Assembly (NCBI GenBank): GCA_035533695.1
Contig: DATLTH010000649.1
Coordinates: 1 to 29,994, forward strand
From: Stellaceae bacterium
GTDB taxonomy: Bacteria; Pseudomonadota; Alphaproteobacteria; ATCC43930; CGMCC-115725
Reading direction: 5' to 3'
Length of the DNA stretch: 29,994 nucleotides
The notes beneath the pieces are model-generated. The model was not told the origin of the DNA. It made no database searches and saw nothing but the letters and a program-made list of their open reading frames with translations. How positions within the stretch are numbered: position 1 is the first letter of the stretch; every line of letters starts with the position of its first letter. The position numbers were made by a program, and so were the translations under genes. Of this stretch, positions 1 to 9,176 are shown in pieces.

Positions 1-446
1 CAGGCCACCACCAGCACGAATATCGTCACCGCGTGGTCGATGATGGTGGTGAACCCGACCAGCGATCCGGCCTGCTGCAACAAGGGCCACGCCGCCTGGA
101 AGCCGATGCCGGCGAGCTTGCCCGGGCGCAGCAGGTCCTGGGCGCCCAGGCCGTTGTTGGTGGCCGCGAGGCCGAGCGCGGCGAAGGAATCGTAGATCGC
201 GGTGGAGAGCGTCTCGAAATTGTTGAGGATGAGGGCGAAGGCGCCGACATAGAGCACCTTCTTGAGGAGGCTGGCGAGCACGTCGGTGCCGCCGTCGAGC
301 GCCCAGAACAGGCCGGCGAGCGTGACATCGATGCCGATCAGGATCGTGGTGAGATGGGCGACATCGCCGCCCAGGAGACCGAAGCCGCCATCGATGTAGC
401 GGATGAAGGTCTGCAGGAACTGGTCGATGACTCCGAGATTGTTCAT
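1..446 (-). CDS. trbL: P-type conjugative transfer protein TrbL (VirB6-like), 5' part; runs off the window
   Basis: Manual translation from ATG at 446: MNNLGVIDQFLQTFIRYIDGGFGLLGGDVAHLTTILIGIDVTLAGLFWA, a typical TrbL N-terminus. Lies directly after trbJ. Confidence 0.9.
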   Translation of the reverse strand, partial: MNNLGVIDQFLQTFIRYIDGGFGLLGGDVAHLTTILIGIDVTLAGLFWALDGGTDVLASLLKKVLYVGAFALILNNFETLSTAIYDSFAALGLAATNNGLGAQDLLRPGKLAGIGFQAAWPLLQQAGSLVGFTTIIDHAVTIFVLVVA

Positions 447-448
447 CG

Positions 449-1183
449 CTACTGGGCCGTGTACGCGTTGCTGCCGCCGATGAAGCGGCTGAACTCGGCC
501 TGGGCCTCCTCCTCGGCTTCGGCATTGCGGGCCGATTCGAGTGCCACGGCGCGGTCCTGCGCCGCCATCAGGCTCTCGCTCTGGAGCTGCTGCTTGATGG
601 CAAGCGCCCGCAGCTGGTTGGCGATCTGGGCGACCTGCAGATTGCCGGTCGCGCCCTGCGAGGCTTCGACCAGGGTGCCAAGCGTGCCGGTATCGGCCTG
701 GACGTTCTGCGCCACCTGGGCCTGCACCGTCAGCGTCTGGCCGAAGGCGTCCATCGCCTGCTGCCAGCGCTGATGCGCATCCGCAACCAACTGGGCGGTA
801 TTGACCGACGGCGCATATTGCTGCGGGTAGTACTGATCAAAGGCCGCCCGGGTGGCGCTCACATTGAAGGCGATGCCCTGGGCCTGGTTCATCAGGCTGC
901 CGATCTGGTTGAGGTCGGCGACCATCGACCCGAGCTGCGAGACATTGAGGCTCGCCAAGTTGCGCGCCATGTTCTCGAGCATCAGCGCCTGGTTCTGCAG
1001 CGCCTGGATCTGGTTGTCGATCTGCTGCAGCAAGCGCGCCGCCTCGATCACGTTCTGGGCGTAGACCGCGGCGTCGAACACCGCCCATTGGGCACCTGCC
1101 CCACCCGGCATGAGGCAAGCAACCAAGACGGCGAGGACGGACGCTGTCCGAGCCCAGCAACGGGAGGCGGTTGGGCCGCTCAT
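449..1183 (-). CDS. trbJ: P-type conjugative transfer protein TrbJ (VirB5-like), 244 aa
   Basis: Signal-peptide-like N-terminus, then VFDAAVYAQNV and QIDNQIQALQNQALML. ATG at 1183 overlaps the trbE stop (ATGA). Confidence 0.9.
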   Translation of the reverse strand: MSGPTASRCWARTASVLAVLVACLMPGGAGAQWAVFDAAVYAQNVIEAARLLQQIDNQIQALQNQALMLENMARNLASLNVSQLGSMVADLNQIGSLMNQAQGIAFNVSATRAAFDQYYPQQYAPSVNTAQLVADAHQRWQQAMDAFGQTLTVQAQVAQNVQADTGTLGTLVEASQGATGNLQVAQIANQLRALAIKQQLQSESLMAAQDRAVALESARNAEAEEEAQAEFSRFIGGSNAYTAQ

Positions 1184-3621
1184 GGCTTGGATGCCCCTGG
1201 ATATTGCGCCAGCAGATCGGCGGCCCAGTCGAGGCCGCGGGCGCGCAGGAACGCGGACGCAAATTCCCCGCCCTCGGCTACAACGCGGTCGATCAGCGCC
1301 TGGCTCGCGGGATCGGAGGCGCCGCACATCGCCAGCGCGATCGGGCCCAATCCCAGCTCGAACAGGCGGTTGCCGCGGCGCGATTGCAGGTAGTACTGCC
1401 GCTTGGGCACGGCACGGGAGATCAGCTCGATCTGGCGCTCGTTGAGGCCGAAGCGCTCATAGGCGGCCCGTGCCTGCGGCTCGATGGCGCGGTCGTTGGG
1501 CAGGAAGATCCGCTGCGGACAGCTTTCGATGATCGCTGGCGCGATCGAACTTTCAGCGATGTCCGCCAGCGACTGGGTCGCGAACACCACGGGGACGTTC
1601 TTCTTGCGCAGCACCTTGAGCCATTCGCGGATGCGGGTGGCGAACAGCGGGTGATCGAGATAAACCCAGGCCTCGTCGAGGATGAGCAAGGTCGGGGACC
1701 CATCGAACCGCTCTTCAAGCCGATGGAAGAGATAGGTCAGCACCGGCAGGACCACGCCGGTCTCGTGCATCAGCGTCTCGGTCTCGAAGCATTGGACATC
1801 GCTGAGCGCGAGCCGGTCCTCGGCGGCGTCGAGCAGCCGGCCGAAGGGGCCGTCGAGGGTGTATGGCAGCAACGCCGCTTTGAGGGCATTCGACTGCAGC
1901 AGGACCGAGAGGCCGGTGAGCGTCCGCTCCGGTGCCGGCGCCGAAGCGAGGCTGTTGAGCGCCGACCACACCAGCTCCTTGACCTCGGGCGTGACCGTGA
2001 CCTTCTCGTGTGCCAGCAGGCCAGTAAGCCACTCCGCAGCCCAGCTGCGCTCGGCCGGGTTATCGATTCCGCGTAGTGGTTGGAAAGCTAGAGATCCGTC
2101 CGAGCCCAGGCGGTGATGCACGCCGCCGAGGGCGAGGACCGCCGCCCGCGACGAGTTGCCCTTGTCGAAGAGGGTAACCCGGGCGCCGGGATAGCGGCGG
2201 AACTGCAACGCCATCAGCGCCAGCAGCACCGACTTGCCGGCGCCCGTTGGGCCGACGATCAGCGCATGGCCAACGTCGCCGACATGGAGGGCAAAGCGGA
2301 ACGGCGTCGCGCCGCTGGTCTCGGCATGGAAGAGCGGCGGGCCATTGAGATGCGCATCGCGCTCCGGGCCCGCCCAAACGGCTGACACCGGCACAAGGTG
2401 CGCGAGGTTGAGGGTATGGACGATGGGCTGGCGGACATTGGCGTAGACCTGCCCCGGCAGCGACCCGAGCCAGGCCTCGACCGCATTGACGCTCTCGCGG
2501 ATGGTGGTGAAGCCAGCGCCGTGGATGGCGCGCTCGACCGCCCGCAGCTTCTCGTCAACCCGCCGCCGGTCGGGATCGAGCACCGTGACGGTGGCCGTCA
2601 GATACCCGAACGCGACATGGTCGCCGCCCAGGGCCTGGAGCGCTTCGTCGGCATCCGCCGCCTTGTTGGCGGCATCCGAGTCGAGGAGCTGGACCGGCTC
2701 GTTGGTGAGCACCTCGCGCAGCAGTATGGTGATCGACTTGCGCTTGGCGAACCATTGCCGCCGCAGCCGGGTCAGGACTTTGGTCGCCTCGGTCTTGTCG
2801 AGGGCCATGAACCGCGTTACCCAGCGATAGGCAAAGCCCAGATGATTGAGCGCATCGAGCAAGCCGGGCCGCGTCAGGCTGGGGAAGCCCAGCACCGAGA
2901 GCGTGCGGAGATGGTGGTCGCCGAGCATCGGCTCGAGCCCGCCGCTCAAGGGCTCGTCCACCAGCACGGCATCGAGATACATCGGCGTCTCCGGCACCGC
3001 GATCGGATGCCGCCGGGTCGAGATCGTGCCGTGCAAGTAGGTGAGCGTCTGCGCATCGTCGAGCGCCGCGATCTCGGGCATGAAGCCTTCGAGCAGATCG
3101 CGTACGCGCTCGGTCTCGGCGATGAAGGCCGCGAGCTCGTAGCGCCAATCGCGGTCCGCCTGGGCGGTCTCGACCAGGGCGCGCTCGGCCCGGCTCACCG
3201 GGTCGGCCGGCGGCAGAGTGAGCAGCGTCAGATGATAGGCGCTCTCGTAGGGATCGCGCACTGCCGGGGATTCGGGACCTAAGCCTTCGCCCGGCGCGAA
3301 GGCGGCGCGGCGTTCGCGATCGACCAGCCATGATACTGCCTCGGGGAATGTGGATTCGGAATAGCCCGGCGCGGCAAAGCGCTCGGCGTCGAAGAACAGC
3401 GCCCAGCCCGAGCCGAAGCGCCGCAGCACGTTGTTGAGCCGGGCGCAGGTCGCAATGAGTTCGGCCTCGGTGGCGCTCTCGAGATCGGGCCCGCGGAAGC
3501 GGAAGCTACGCTGGAAGCTGCCGTCCTTGTTGAGCACCACGCCCGGAGCGACCAACGCCGCCCAGGGCAGATGGTCGGCCAGCCGGTCGGCCCGGCGGCG
3601 GTATTCGGCGAGGTTCAGCAT
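1180..3621 (-). CDS. trbE: Conjugal transfer ATPase TrbE (VirB4 family), 813 aa
   Basis: Starts MLNLAEYRRRADRLADHLPWAALV. Walker A GPTGAGKS, Walker B LLILDEAW, FATQSLAD motif. Confidence 0.95.
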   Translation of the reverse strand: MLNLAEYRRRADRLADHLPWAALVAPGVVLNKDGSFQRSFRFRGPDLESATEAELIATCARLNNVLRRFGSGWALFFDAERFAAPGYSESTFPEAVSWLVDRERRAAFAPGEGLGPESPAVRDPYESAYHLTLLTLPPADPVSRAERALVETAQADRDWRYELAAFIAETERVRDLLEGFMPEIAALDDAQTLTYLHGTISTRRHPIAVPETPMYLDAVLVDEPLSGGLEPMLGDHHLRTLSVLGFPSLTRPGLLDALNHLGFAYRWVTRFMALDKTEATKVLTRLRRQWFAKRKSITILLREVLTNEPVQLLDSDAANKAADADEALQALGGDHVAFGYLTATVTVLDPDRRRVDEKLRAVERAIHGAGFTTIRESVNAVEAWLGSLPGQVYANVRQPIVHTLNLAHLVPVSAVWAGPERDAHLNGPPLFHAETSGATPFRFALHVGDVGHALIVGPTGAGKSVLLALMALQFRRYPGARVTLFDKGNSSRAAVLALGGVHHRLGSDGSLAFQPLRGIDNPAERSWAAEWLTGLLAHEKVTVTPEVKELVWSALNSLASAPAPERTLTGLSVLLQSNALKAALLPYTLDGPFGRLLDAAEDRLALSDVQCFETETLMHETGVVLPVLTYLFHRLEERFDGSPTLLILDEAWVYLDHPLFATRIREWLKVLRKKNVPVVFATQSLADIAESSIAPAIIESCPQRIFLPNDRAIEPQARAAYERFGLNERQIELISRAVPKRQYYLQSRRGNRLFELGLGPIALAMCGASDPASQALIDRVVAEGGEFASAFLRARGLDWAADLLAQYPGASKP

Positions 3622-3869
3622 GCGAGATGCGACCGCTGCCGCAGATGGCGCGCCAGCACTTCGGCGAAGCGCGGATCGCGCCGCGCCGCGAACACCGCCA
3701 GCGAATGCCCGAGCGCCCAGAGCGCGAGGCCGGCCAGCCAGAGATGAAGCCCGAGGCCGAGTGCCGCCGCGACCGTGCCGTTGACAATGGCGATCGAGCG
3801 CGGCGCGCCGCCGAGCAAGATGGGTTCGGTGAGCGCGCGGTGCAGCGGCACTTCGAGACCGGGAGTCAT
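3615..3869 (-). CDS. trbD: Conjugal transfer protein TrbD (VirB3 family), 84 aa
   Basis: EVPLHRALTEPILLGGAPR motif, hydrophobic core, ATGA overlap with the trbC stop. Confidence 0.9.
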   Translation of the reverse strand: MTPGLEVPLHRALTEPILLGGAPRSIAIVNGTVAAALGLGLHLWLAGLALWALGHSLAVFAARRDPRFAEVLARHLRQRSHLAC

Positions 3870-4177
3870 ACCAGCGCCCCACCGGCGAAGGAGAAGAACG
3901 ACAGGAAGAAGCTCGACGCGGCGAAGGCGATCGAGATGCCGAACACGATCTGGATCAGGCGGCGGAATCCGCCTGAGGTCTCGCCGAAGGCGAGGCTCAG
4001 CCCGGTGATAATGATGATGATGACGGCGATGATCTTGGCGACCGGCCCCTGCACCGAATCGAGGATCTGCTGCAGCGGCTGCTCCCACGGCATGTTAGAG
4101 CCCGCGGCATAGGCTGGGGCAGCAAGGGCCAGGACGGCGAGGCTGGCGAGAGTCCTATATATAAGGTGTCGGCGCAT
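3866..4177 (-). CDS. trbC: Pilin TrbC (VirB2 family), 103 aa
   Basis: Signal peptide, then MPWEQPLQQILDSVQGPVAK and two hydrophobic helices. AAGGAG SD upstream. Confidence 0.92.
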   Translation of the reverse strand: MRRHLIYRTLASLAVLALAAPAYAAGSNMPWEQPLQQILDSVQGPVAKIIAVIIIIITGLSLAFGETSGGFRRLIQIVFGISIAFAASSFFLSFFSFAGGALV

Positions 4178-4194
4178 TCGTGTTCTCCTTTGGT

Positions 4195-5148
4195 TCAGGC
4201 GGCGCGCGGGGCGAGATCGGCCAGCGCGTAGTCGCCGTCGGCACCGAGACCGGTGACCTCGGCGATGGTGTCGACCAGACGCGAAGGGCCGCGCCCACGA
4301 ATGAACACGACGCAGTCGATCGCCTCGGCAATGAGCCGGCGCGGCACGGTGACGACGGATTCCTGGATCAGCTGCTCGAGCCGGTAGAGCGCGGCGCGCG
4401 CCGAGTTGGCATGGACCGTCGAGATGCCGCCGGGATGACCGGTGTTCCAGGCCTTGAGTAACTCCAGCGCCTCGCCGCCGCGGACCTCGCCGACGACGAT
4501 CCGGTCGGGCCGCAGCCGCAAGGTCACCCGCACCAGATCGGCGAGGCTCACCCCGGGCTTGGTGCGCAGCGCGACGCAATCGGGCGCCGCGCATTGCAGT
4601 TCCCTTGTATCCTCGATCAGGATCACCCGCTCGTCGGCGATCTCCGCCAAGAGCGCATTGGCGAGCGTGGTCTTGCCCGAGCTGGTGCCGCCCGCGACCA
4701 GGACGTTCTGTCGCTCCGTCACCGCGCGCTTCAGCGTCTCTGCCTGCAAAGGCGAGAGGATGCGGTCAGCGACGTAGTCGCTCAGCCGGTAGACCTTCAC
4801 GGCCGGCTTGCGGATGGCAAAGCACGGCGCCGCCGTCACCGGCGGCAGCACGCCCTGGAAGCGCTCGCCGGTCTCGGGCAGCTCGGCGCTGACCAATGGA
4901 TTGCCGGCATGGGCCTCGAGCCGGACATGCGAGGCAACGAGGCGAATGATCCGCTCGGCCGCGGCGGCGCTGAGATGGGTGTTGGTTGCGACCCTCCCCT
5001 CGCCCAGCCGGTCGAGCCGCAGCCGCCCGTCGGGATTAACCATGACCTCGAACACCGCCGGATCGGCGAGCGCCGCCGCGATCTCCGGTCCCATCGCGGT
5101 GCGCAGCATGGCGCGCCGCCGGCCACGGGTTTCGGGATGCTCCGTCAT
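4195..5148 (-). CDS. trbB: P-type conjugative transfer ATPase TrbB (VirB11 family), 317 aa
   Basis: EVMVNPDG, Walker A GGTSSGKTT, LRLRPDRIVVGEVRG, WNTGHPGG. Confidence 0.95.
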   Translation of the reverse strand: MTEHPETRGRRRAMLRTAMGPEIAAALADPAVFEVMVNPDGRLRLDRLGEGRVATNTHLSAAAAERIIRLVASHVRLEAHAGNPLVSAELPETGERFQGVLPPVTAAPCFAIRKPAVKVYRLSDYVADRILSPLQAETLKRAVTERQNVLVAGGTSSGKTTLANALLAEIADERVILIEDTRELQCAAPDCVALRTKPGVSLADLVRVTLRLRPDRIVVGEVRGGEALELLKAWNTGHPGGISTVHANSARAALYRLEQLIQESVVTVPRRLIAEAIDCVVFIRGRGPSRLVDTIAEVTGLGADGDYALADLAPRAA

Positions 5149-5861
5149 GGTGCCACTCCGCGACGGTCGCGTCCCCAAGGCAGATCGATCTGGCGCTCGG
5201 CGTCGGTCAGTCGCCGGCAGGCGAGCGTGAAGGAGTCCGGATCGCGCTCGATGCCGACGAACCTGCGACCGAGCTGTCGACACGCGAGTCCCGTGGTGCC
5301 CGATCCCATGAAGGGATCGACGATGGCTGCATCTCGCGTCTTGGCGATGAGCCAGAGCATCACCGCCAAGGGTTTCTGGTAAGGATGCCCCACCGCCTCG
5401 GCGTCGCGGCCCAGGCGCGGCACCGTGGTATCGATCACATCGGTGCCGCCATAAAGCTGGAACCCTAGCTGCGACAGCACCGCGATGGGCTCGACCGACC
5501 AGGCGGTGCGGCCAGCCACCGACGGCCGGGGATCGCGCTTGCGCATATAGAGGAACCGGGTCTTGGCGTAGCCGGCGGCGTGCGCTGCGGCCAAGAGCTG
5601 CGGCATGTGCTGCGGCGGCCAGAAGGTCAGCACCGGCGCGCCGCGGCAGAGTGTTAGCCAAGCGAGGTCGCCATCGTCCCACGGCTCGCGCACCAGCGCG
5701 GCGCTCGGATCGCGGCCCTGCCCCGATGCCGTGCGACGCCAGCCACCGGTGCCGTAAGGCGGATCGGTCACGATGAGCTCGATACCCTCCAGGTGCGGCA
5801 AGATCTCGCGGCAATCGGCGCGATAGAGCACGGCCTCGCCGATCACGACCTTGCCGTTCAT
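5145..5861 (-). CDS. Orphan N6-adenine/N4-cytosine DNA methyltransferase (beta class), 238 aa
   Basis: Catalytic DPPY near the N-terminus, HPYQKP, SAM-binding DPFMGSGTT, FVGIERD. ATGA overlaps with copG upstream and trbB downstream. Confidence 0.88.
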   Translation of the reverse strand: MNGKVVIGEAVLYRADCREILPHLEGIELIVTDPPYGTGGWRRTASGQGRDPSAALVREPWDDGDLAWLTLCRGAPVLTFWPPQHMPQLLAAAHAAGYAKTRFLYMRKRDPRPSVAGRTAWSVEPIAVLSQLGFQLYGGTDVIDTTVPRLGRDAEAVGHPYQKPLAVMLWLIAKTRDAAIVDPFMGSGTTGLACRQLGRRFVGIERDPDSFTLACRRLTDAERQIDLPWGRDRRGVAP

Positions 5862-6247
5862 GGCGGCAGCACCTCGGCGGCGAGGCTCTTGCCGCCGGCA
5901 ACCCGGCGGCCGACCTCGGCGATGAAGGCCTTGAAGCGGTCCTGCCCGATGAGCTGCGCCGTCCGATCGGGCTCGACCTGGGCATAGACCGTGAACTGGA
6001 AGCGGATGAAGAGCGCCAGTGTCTCGGCGATCACCTGCTGGTCGCGCTCGATGCGGCCCAATTGCAGCGACAGCTTGTCGAGCCGCACCTTGAAGCGCTC
6101 CTCGAGCTCGCCCGCGCCGCGCCGGTCGAGCCAGGCTTTGAGGGCATCGGTCATGATCGCGGTCTTGCTCGCACCGGGCTTCGCCACCAAGTCCGCCAGG
6201 CGCTCCGAGAGCGCTCGATCGAGGGTGAACTCGTGCCGCTGTCTCAT
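5858..6247 (-). CDS. CopG/ribbon-helix-helix protein (msi031-like), 129 aa
   Basis: N-terminal RHH pattern (KPGASKTAIMTDALKAWL) and the RLDKLS...IERD...ETLALFIR coiled region. Usual position between traG and trbB. Confidence 0.8.
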   Translation of the reverse strand: MRQRHEFTLDRALSERLADLVAKPGASKTAIMTDALKAWLDRRGAGELEERFKVRLDKLSLQLGRIERDQQVIAETLALFIRFQFTVYAQVEPDRTAQLIGQDRFKAFIAEVGRRVAGGKSLAAEVLPP

Positions 6248-6254
6248 CGGGGCC

Positions 6255-8270
6255 TCAGAACGACGGCAACAGGTCGTCGCGGCGGTCGCCTTCGTTCATC
6301 GCATGGGCGCGGCCAACCGCCTGGTCGAGGGCCAGCGACTCCGCCGGATCGTCGCCGTCGTCCGCGACACCCGATTCCACATCGGGCTCTGGTGCACGCT
6401 GCACTACCGCGGCCTCGGGCAACCCGAGATGCCGCAAGCGCCGCAATCCGCCCTCATCAGCCTCGCCGTCGAGCTCGCGCGCGACCGCGGCCTGGAGCCG
6501 CAGGTCCGTGCCGCGCACTCGCCCGGTCCAATCATCGGGGCGCGGCGGCGGCCGGTCGCGATAGCCGTCGGCCGCCAACTCCGGCGGCAGCATCCTGCGT
6601 CCGGCAAAGTTCTCGTCCTCGTAGTAGCGCAGCTTGCGGGCGCGGATCGGCGGTAGGCCCGAGACCAGGACTAGCTCTTCGTGCGGCGGCAGCTGCATGA
6701 CCTCGCCTGGGGTCAGCAGCGGCCGGGCCGACTCCTGACGTGAAACCATGACGTGGCTGAGCCACGGCGCCAGGCGATGTCCGGCATAGTTGCGCTGCAG
6801 CCGCAGCTCGGTCGCGGTCCCGAGCGCATCCGAGATACGCTTGGCGGTGCGCTCGTCATTGGCCGCAAAGGCGATGCGGACATGGCAGTTGTCGAGGATG
6901 GCGTTGTTTTCGCCATAGGCCTTGGCGATCTGGTTGAGGGACTGGGCGATCAAGTAGGCCCGGATGCCGTAGCCGGCCATGAAGGCAAGCGCGGTCTCGA
7001 AGAAGTCGAGCCGCCCCAAAGCCGGAAGCTCGTCGAGCATCATCAGCAGCCGGTGCCGCCGCACCTTGGCGGGGTCGCCCTCGAGCTGCTCGGTGAGCCT
7101 GCGGCCGATCTGATTCAGCACCAGCCGCACCAGCGGCTTGGTGCGGGAGATATCCGAGGGCGGGATGACCAGATAGAGCGTCACCGGCCGCTCGGCGTCC
7201 ATCAGATCGGCAATCCGCCAGTCGCAGGCGGTCGTGGTCTGGGCGATGACCGGGTCGCGGTAGAGCCCGAGGAATGACATCGCGGTCGACAGCACGCCCG
7301 AGCGCTCGTTCTCCGACTTGTTGAGCACCTCGCGCGCCGCTGAAGCCACCACCGGATGGACGGCCGGATGATCGGACGTGCCGAGATGGTTGGTCGCCAT
7401 CATCCGGCGCAGCGTGTGCTCGAACGACCGCTGTGGGTCGGAGAGGACCGTCGCGACTCGGGCGAGGGTCTTGTCTTGCTCGGCGTAGAGCACGTGCAGG
7501 ATCACGCCGACCAGCAACGCGTGGCTGGTCTTCTCCCAGTGATTGCGGCGGTCAAGCGCCCCTTCGGGATCGACCAGGATGTCGGCGATGTTCTGGACAT
7601 CGCGCACCTCGTGCGGCCCCTGGCGCACCTCGAGCAGCGGGTTGTAGCGCGCCGAGCGCGGATCGGTCGGATTGAACAGCAGGCAGTGCGAGAAGCGCGA
7701 CCGCCAGCCTGCCGTCAGCTGCCAGTTCTCGCCTTTGATGTCGTGGACCACGGCGCTCTCGGTCCACGACAGCAGGGTCGGGATGACAAGGCCCACCCCC
7801 TTGCCGCTGCGGGTCGGCGCAAAGGCGATGACGTGCTCCGGCCCGTCATGGCGCAGATAGCGGTCCTGCCAGCGCCCCAGGAACACGCCCGCCGGCTCGA
7901 ACAGCCCGGCGCGCTCGATCTCCTGACGATTGGCCCACCGCGCCGAGCCGTAGGTGGTGACGAGCCGGCTCTGCCGCGCCCGCCACAGCGAGCCGATCAC
8001 CGCGACGACGATCCCGGCGAACCCACCGGAAGCCGCGATAACCCCCGCCTCATTGAACAGCGCCGGGGCATAGCCGTCGTAGACGTACCACCACTCGAAG
8101 AGCCGCCAGGGGTAATAGACCGGCCACGACAGCAGCACGAACCACGGCGCCCCAAGCGGCGGCTGGTAGCCGAGCTGCGCCGCGGCCCACTGTGTCGCCA
8201 GCCACAGCCCGCCGATGACGATGGCAAAGACGACGGCGATCTGGCCGAGGAGGAACTTGGTGGGCGTCAT
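6255..8270 (-). CDS. traG: Type IV coupling protein TraG (VirD4 family), 671 aa
   Basis: MTPTKFLLGQI start, YGSARWA, Walker A APTRSGKG, DIKGENW, LMLDELPALG, QSLNQI. Confidence 0.95.
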   Translation of the reverse strand: MTPTKFLLGQIAVVFAIVIGGLWLATQWAAAQLGYQPPLGAPWFVLLSWPVYYPWRLFEWWYVYDGYAPALFNEAGVIAASGGFAGIVVAVIGSLWRARQSRLVTTYGSARWANRQEIERAGLFEPAGVFLGRWQDRYLRHDGPEHVIAFAPTRSGKGVGLVIPTLLSWTESAVVHDIKGENWQLTAGWRSRFSHCLLFNPTDPRSARYNPLLEVRQGPHEVRDVQNIADILVDPEGALDRRNHWEKTSHALLVGVILHVLYAEQDKTLARVATVLSDPQRSFEHTLRRMMATNHLGTSDHPAVHPVVASAAREVLNKSENERSGVLSTAMSFLGLYRDPVIAQTTTACDWRIADLMDAERPVTLYLVIPPSDISRTKPLVRLVLNQIGRRLTEQLEGDPAKVRRHRLLMMLDELPALGRLDFFETALAFMAGYGIRAYLIAQSLNQIAKAYGENNAILDNCHVRIAFAANDERTAKRISDALGTATELRLQRNYAGHRLAPWLSHVMVSRQESARPLLTPGEVMQLPPHEELVLVSGLPPIRARKLRYYEDENFAGRRMLPPELAADGYRDRPPPRPDDWTGRVRGTDLRLQAAVARELDGEADEGGLRRLRHLGLPEAAVVQRAPEPDVESGVADDGDDPAESLALDQAVGRAHAMNEGDRRDDLLPSF

Positions 8271-8303
8271 GCCGGCACGCGCAAAAACATGCCAACAGGA
8301 ATC

Positions 8304-8334
8304 AACGGCGGCCCCCAAAAGGCCAATCGCCGTT
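8304..8334. promoter_or_regulatory. Inverted repeat AACGGCG-N17-CGCCGTT in the divergent traG / membrane-gene intergenic region
   Basis: 7-bp perfect arms at 8304-8310 and 8328-8334, 34-64 bp upstream of the traG ATG. Binding protein unknown. Confidence 0.3.
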
Positions 8335-8459
8335 ATCTACGCCATAACGCGACGGTCCACGATCACGCCGCCGTCACAGGAAGAAATGCTGAAGCGAGCG
8401 CGACAGACTCTGGCGCTGCCGATTCCAACGACGGTAGACTCACGGCGTTGGAGGTGCCG

Positions 8460-8930
8460 ATGCTTGCAGTGATTCTGTTGTTCGTTGGCCTCGGTGCGGC
8501 CTGTGTCGCGCTGTACCAATTCGCCGTGTTCGCGTTGCCGGTCTATTTGGGCTTTGCCGCCGGCTTCTGGGCGATCCATACTGGCGCCGGTGCGATGGGT
8601 GGCATTCTGGTCGGCTTCATCGCCGGCGCGCTGGTGTTCGTCGTCGGCCAGCTTGTGTTCGCCAGCGCTCGATCGCCGATCCTCCGCATCCTGATGGCGC
8701 TGCTCTTCGCAGTCCCGGCGACTTATGCCGGCTACAGCATCGTCCAGCAGGTCTGGGCGCTCAGCATGCCGCCAAATGCATGGCGATACGTGTTCGGGGT
8801 CGTGGCGGCAATGATCACGGGTGGTACGGCTCTTGCGCGCCTTTCTGCGCCGCTGCAATCAGCGGCCGTGCGGCGCGAATCAGTTCACAAACGGACTGCG
8901 AACAAGGCGCCGAGCCAGTTTGCCGCTTGA
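8460..8930 (+). CDS. Multi-pass membrane protein of unknown function, divergent from traG, 156 aa
   Basis: GGAGG SD before ATG 8460. About 5 hydrophobic segments. Resembles, from recall, the conserved membrane gene next to traG in alphaproteobacterial ICEs. Confidence 0.75.
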   Translation: MLAVILLFVGLGAACVALYQFAVFALPVYLGFAAGFWAIHTGAGAMGGILVGFIAGALVFVVGQLVFASARSPILRILMALLFAVPATYAGYSIVQQVWALSMPPNAWRYVFGVVAAMITGGTALARLSAPLQSAAVRRESVHKRTANKAPSQFAA

Positions 8931-8984
8931 GGAGCGCCCTGAGGCTCGCGAACAGAACCGGGCGTGGTTGCCGATCACCCGCCG

Positions 8985-9176
8985 TCACGCTGGCTGCCTC
9001 GCATTCGCCGGATGCTGATGCACAAGGCGAGCACCGTCCCACAGTTCAAAACCCGCGAACTCTGCTTTGCGGTTCTCGAATAATTGCGAGGCGTGTTCGA
9101 TTCCCGTTTCATCGGTCGTGCAGCGCACGACGTCGACCGCTCTGATGACACCATTCTTGAGGAAGTAGCAGCGCAT
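8985..9176 (-). CDS. Small hypothetical protein, 63 aa (MRCYFLKNGVIRAVDVV...FAGFELWDGARLV)
   Basis: C-terminal part of the listed 165-aa ORF. Protein-like composition with a GFELWD motif; GAAGG precedes ATG 9176. Confidence 0.55.
   Translation of the reverse strand: MRCYFLKNGVIRAVDVVRCTTDETGIEHASQLFENRKAEFAGFELWDGARLVHQHPANARQPA

Noticed and set aside
33-773. Long plus-strand ORFs antisense to core genes (also 1171-2076, 2398-3282, 4594-5382, 12095-13312, 14804-16147, 17664-18917, 26145-27038, 29021-29842)
   Set aside because: Shadow ORFs of GC-rich coding sequence with no family motifs; the opposite strand carries recognisable genes.
4154-4166. AT-rich near-palindrome CCTATATATAAGG in trbC
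   Set aside because: Lies within the signal-peptide coding sequence; no independent support for a regulatory role.
7356-8459. N-terminal 368 aa of the listed 524-aa plus-strand ORF
   Set aside because: Antisense to traG; the real gene starts at ATG 8460 after a GGAGG SD.
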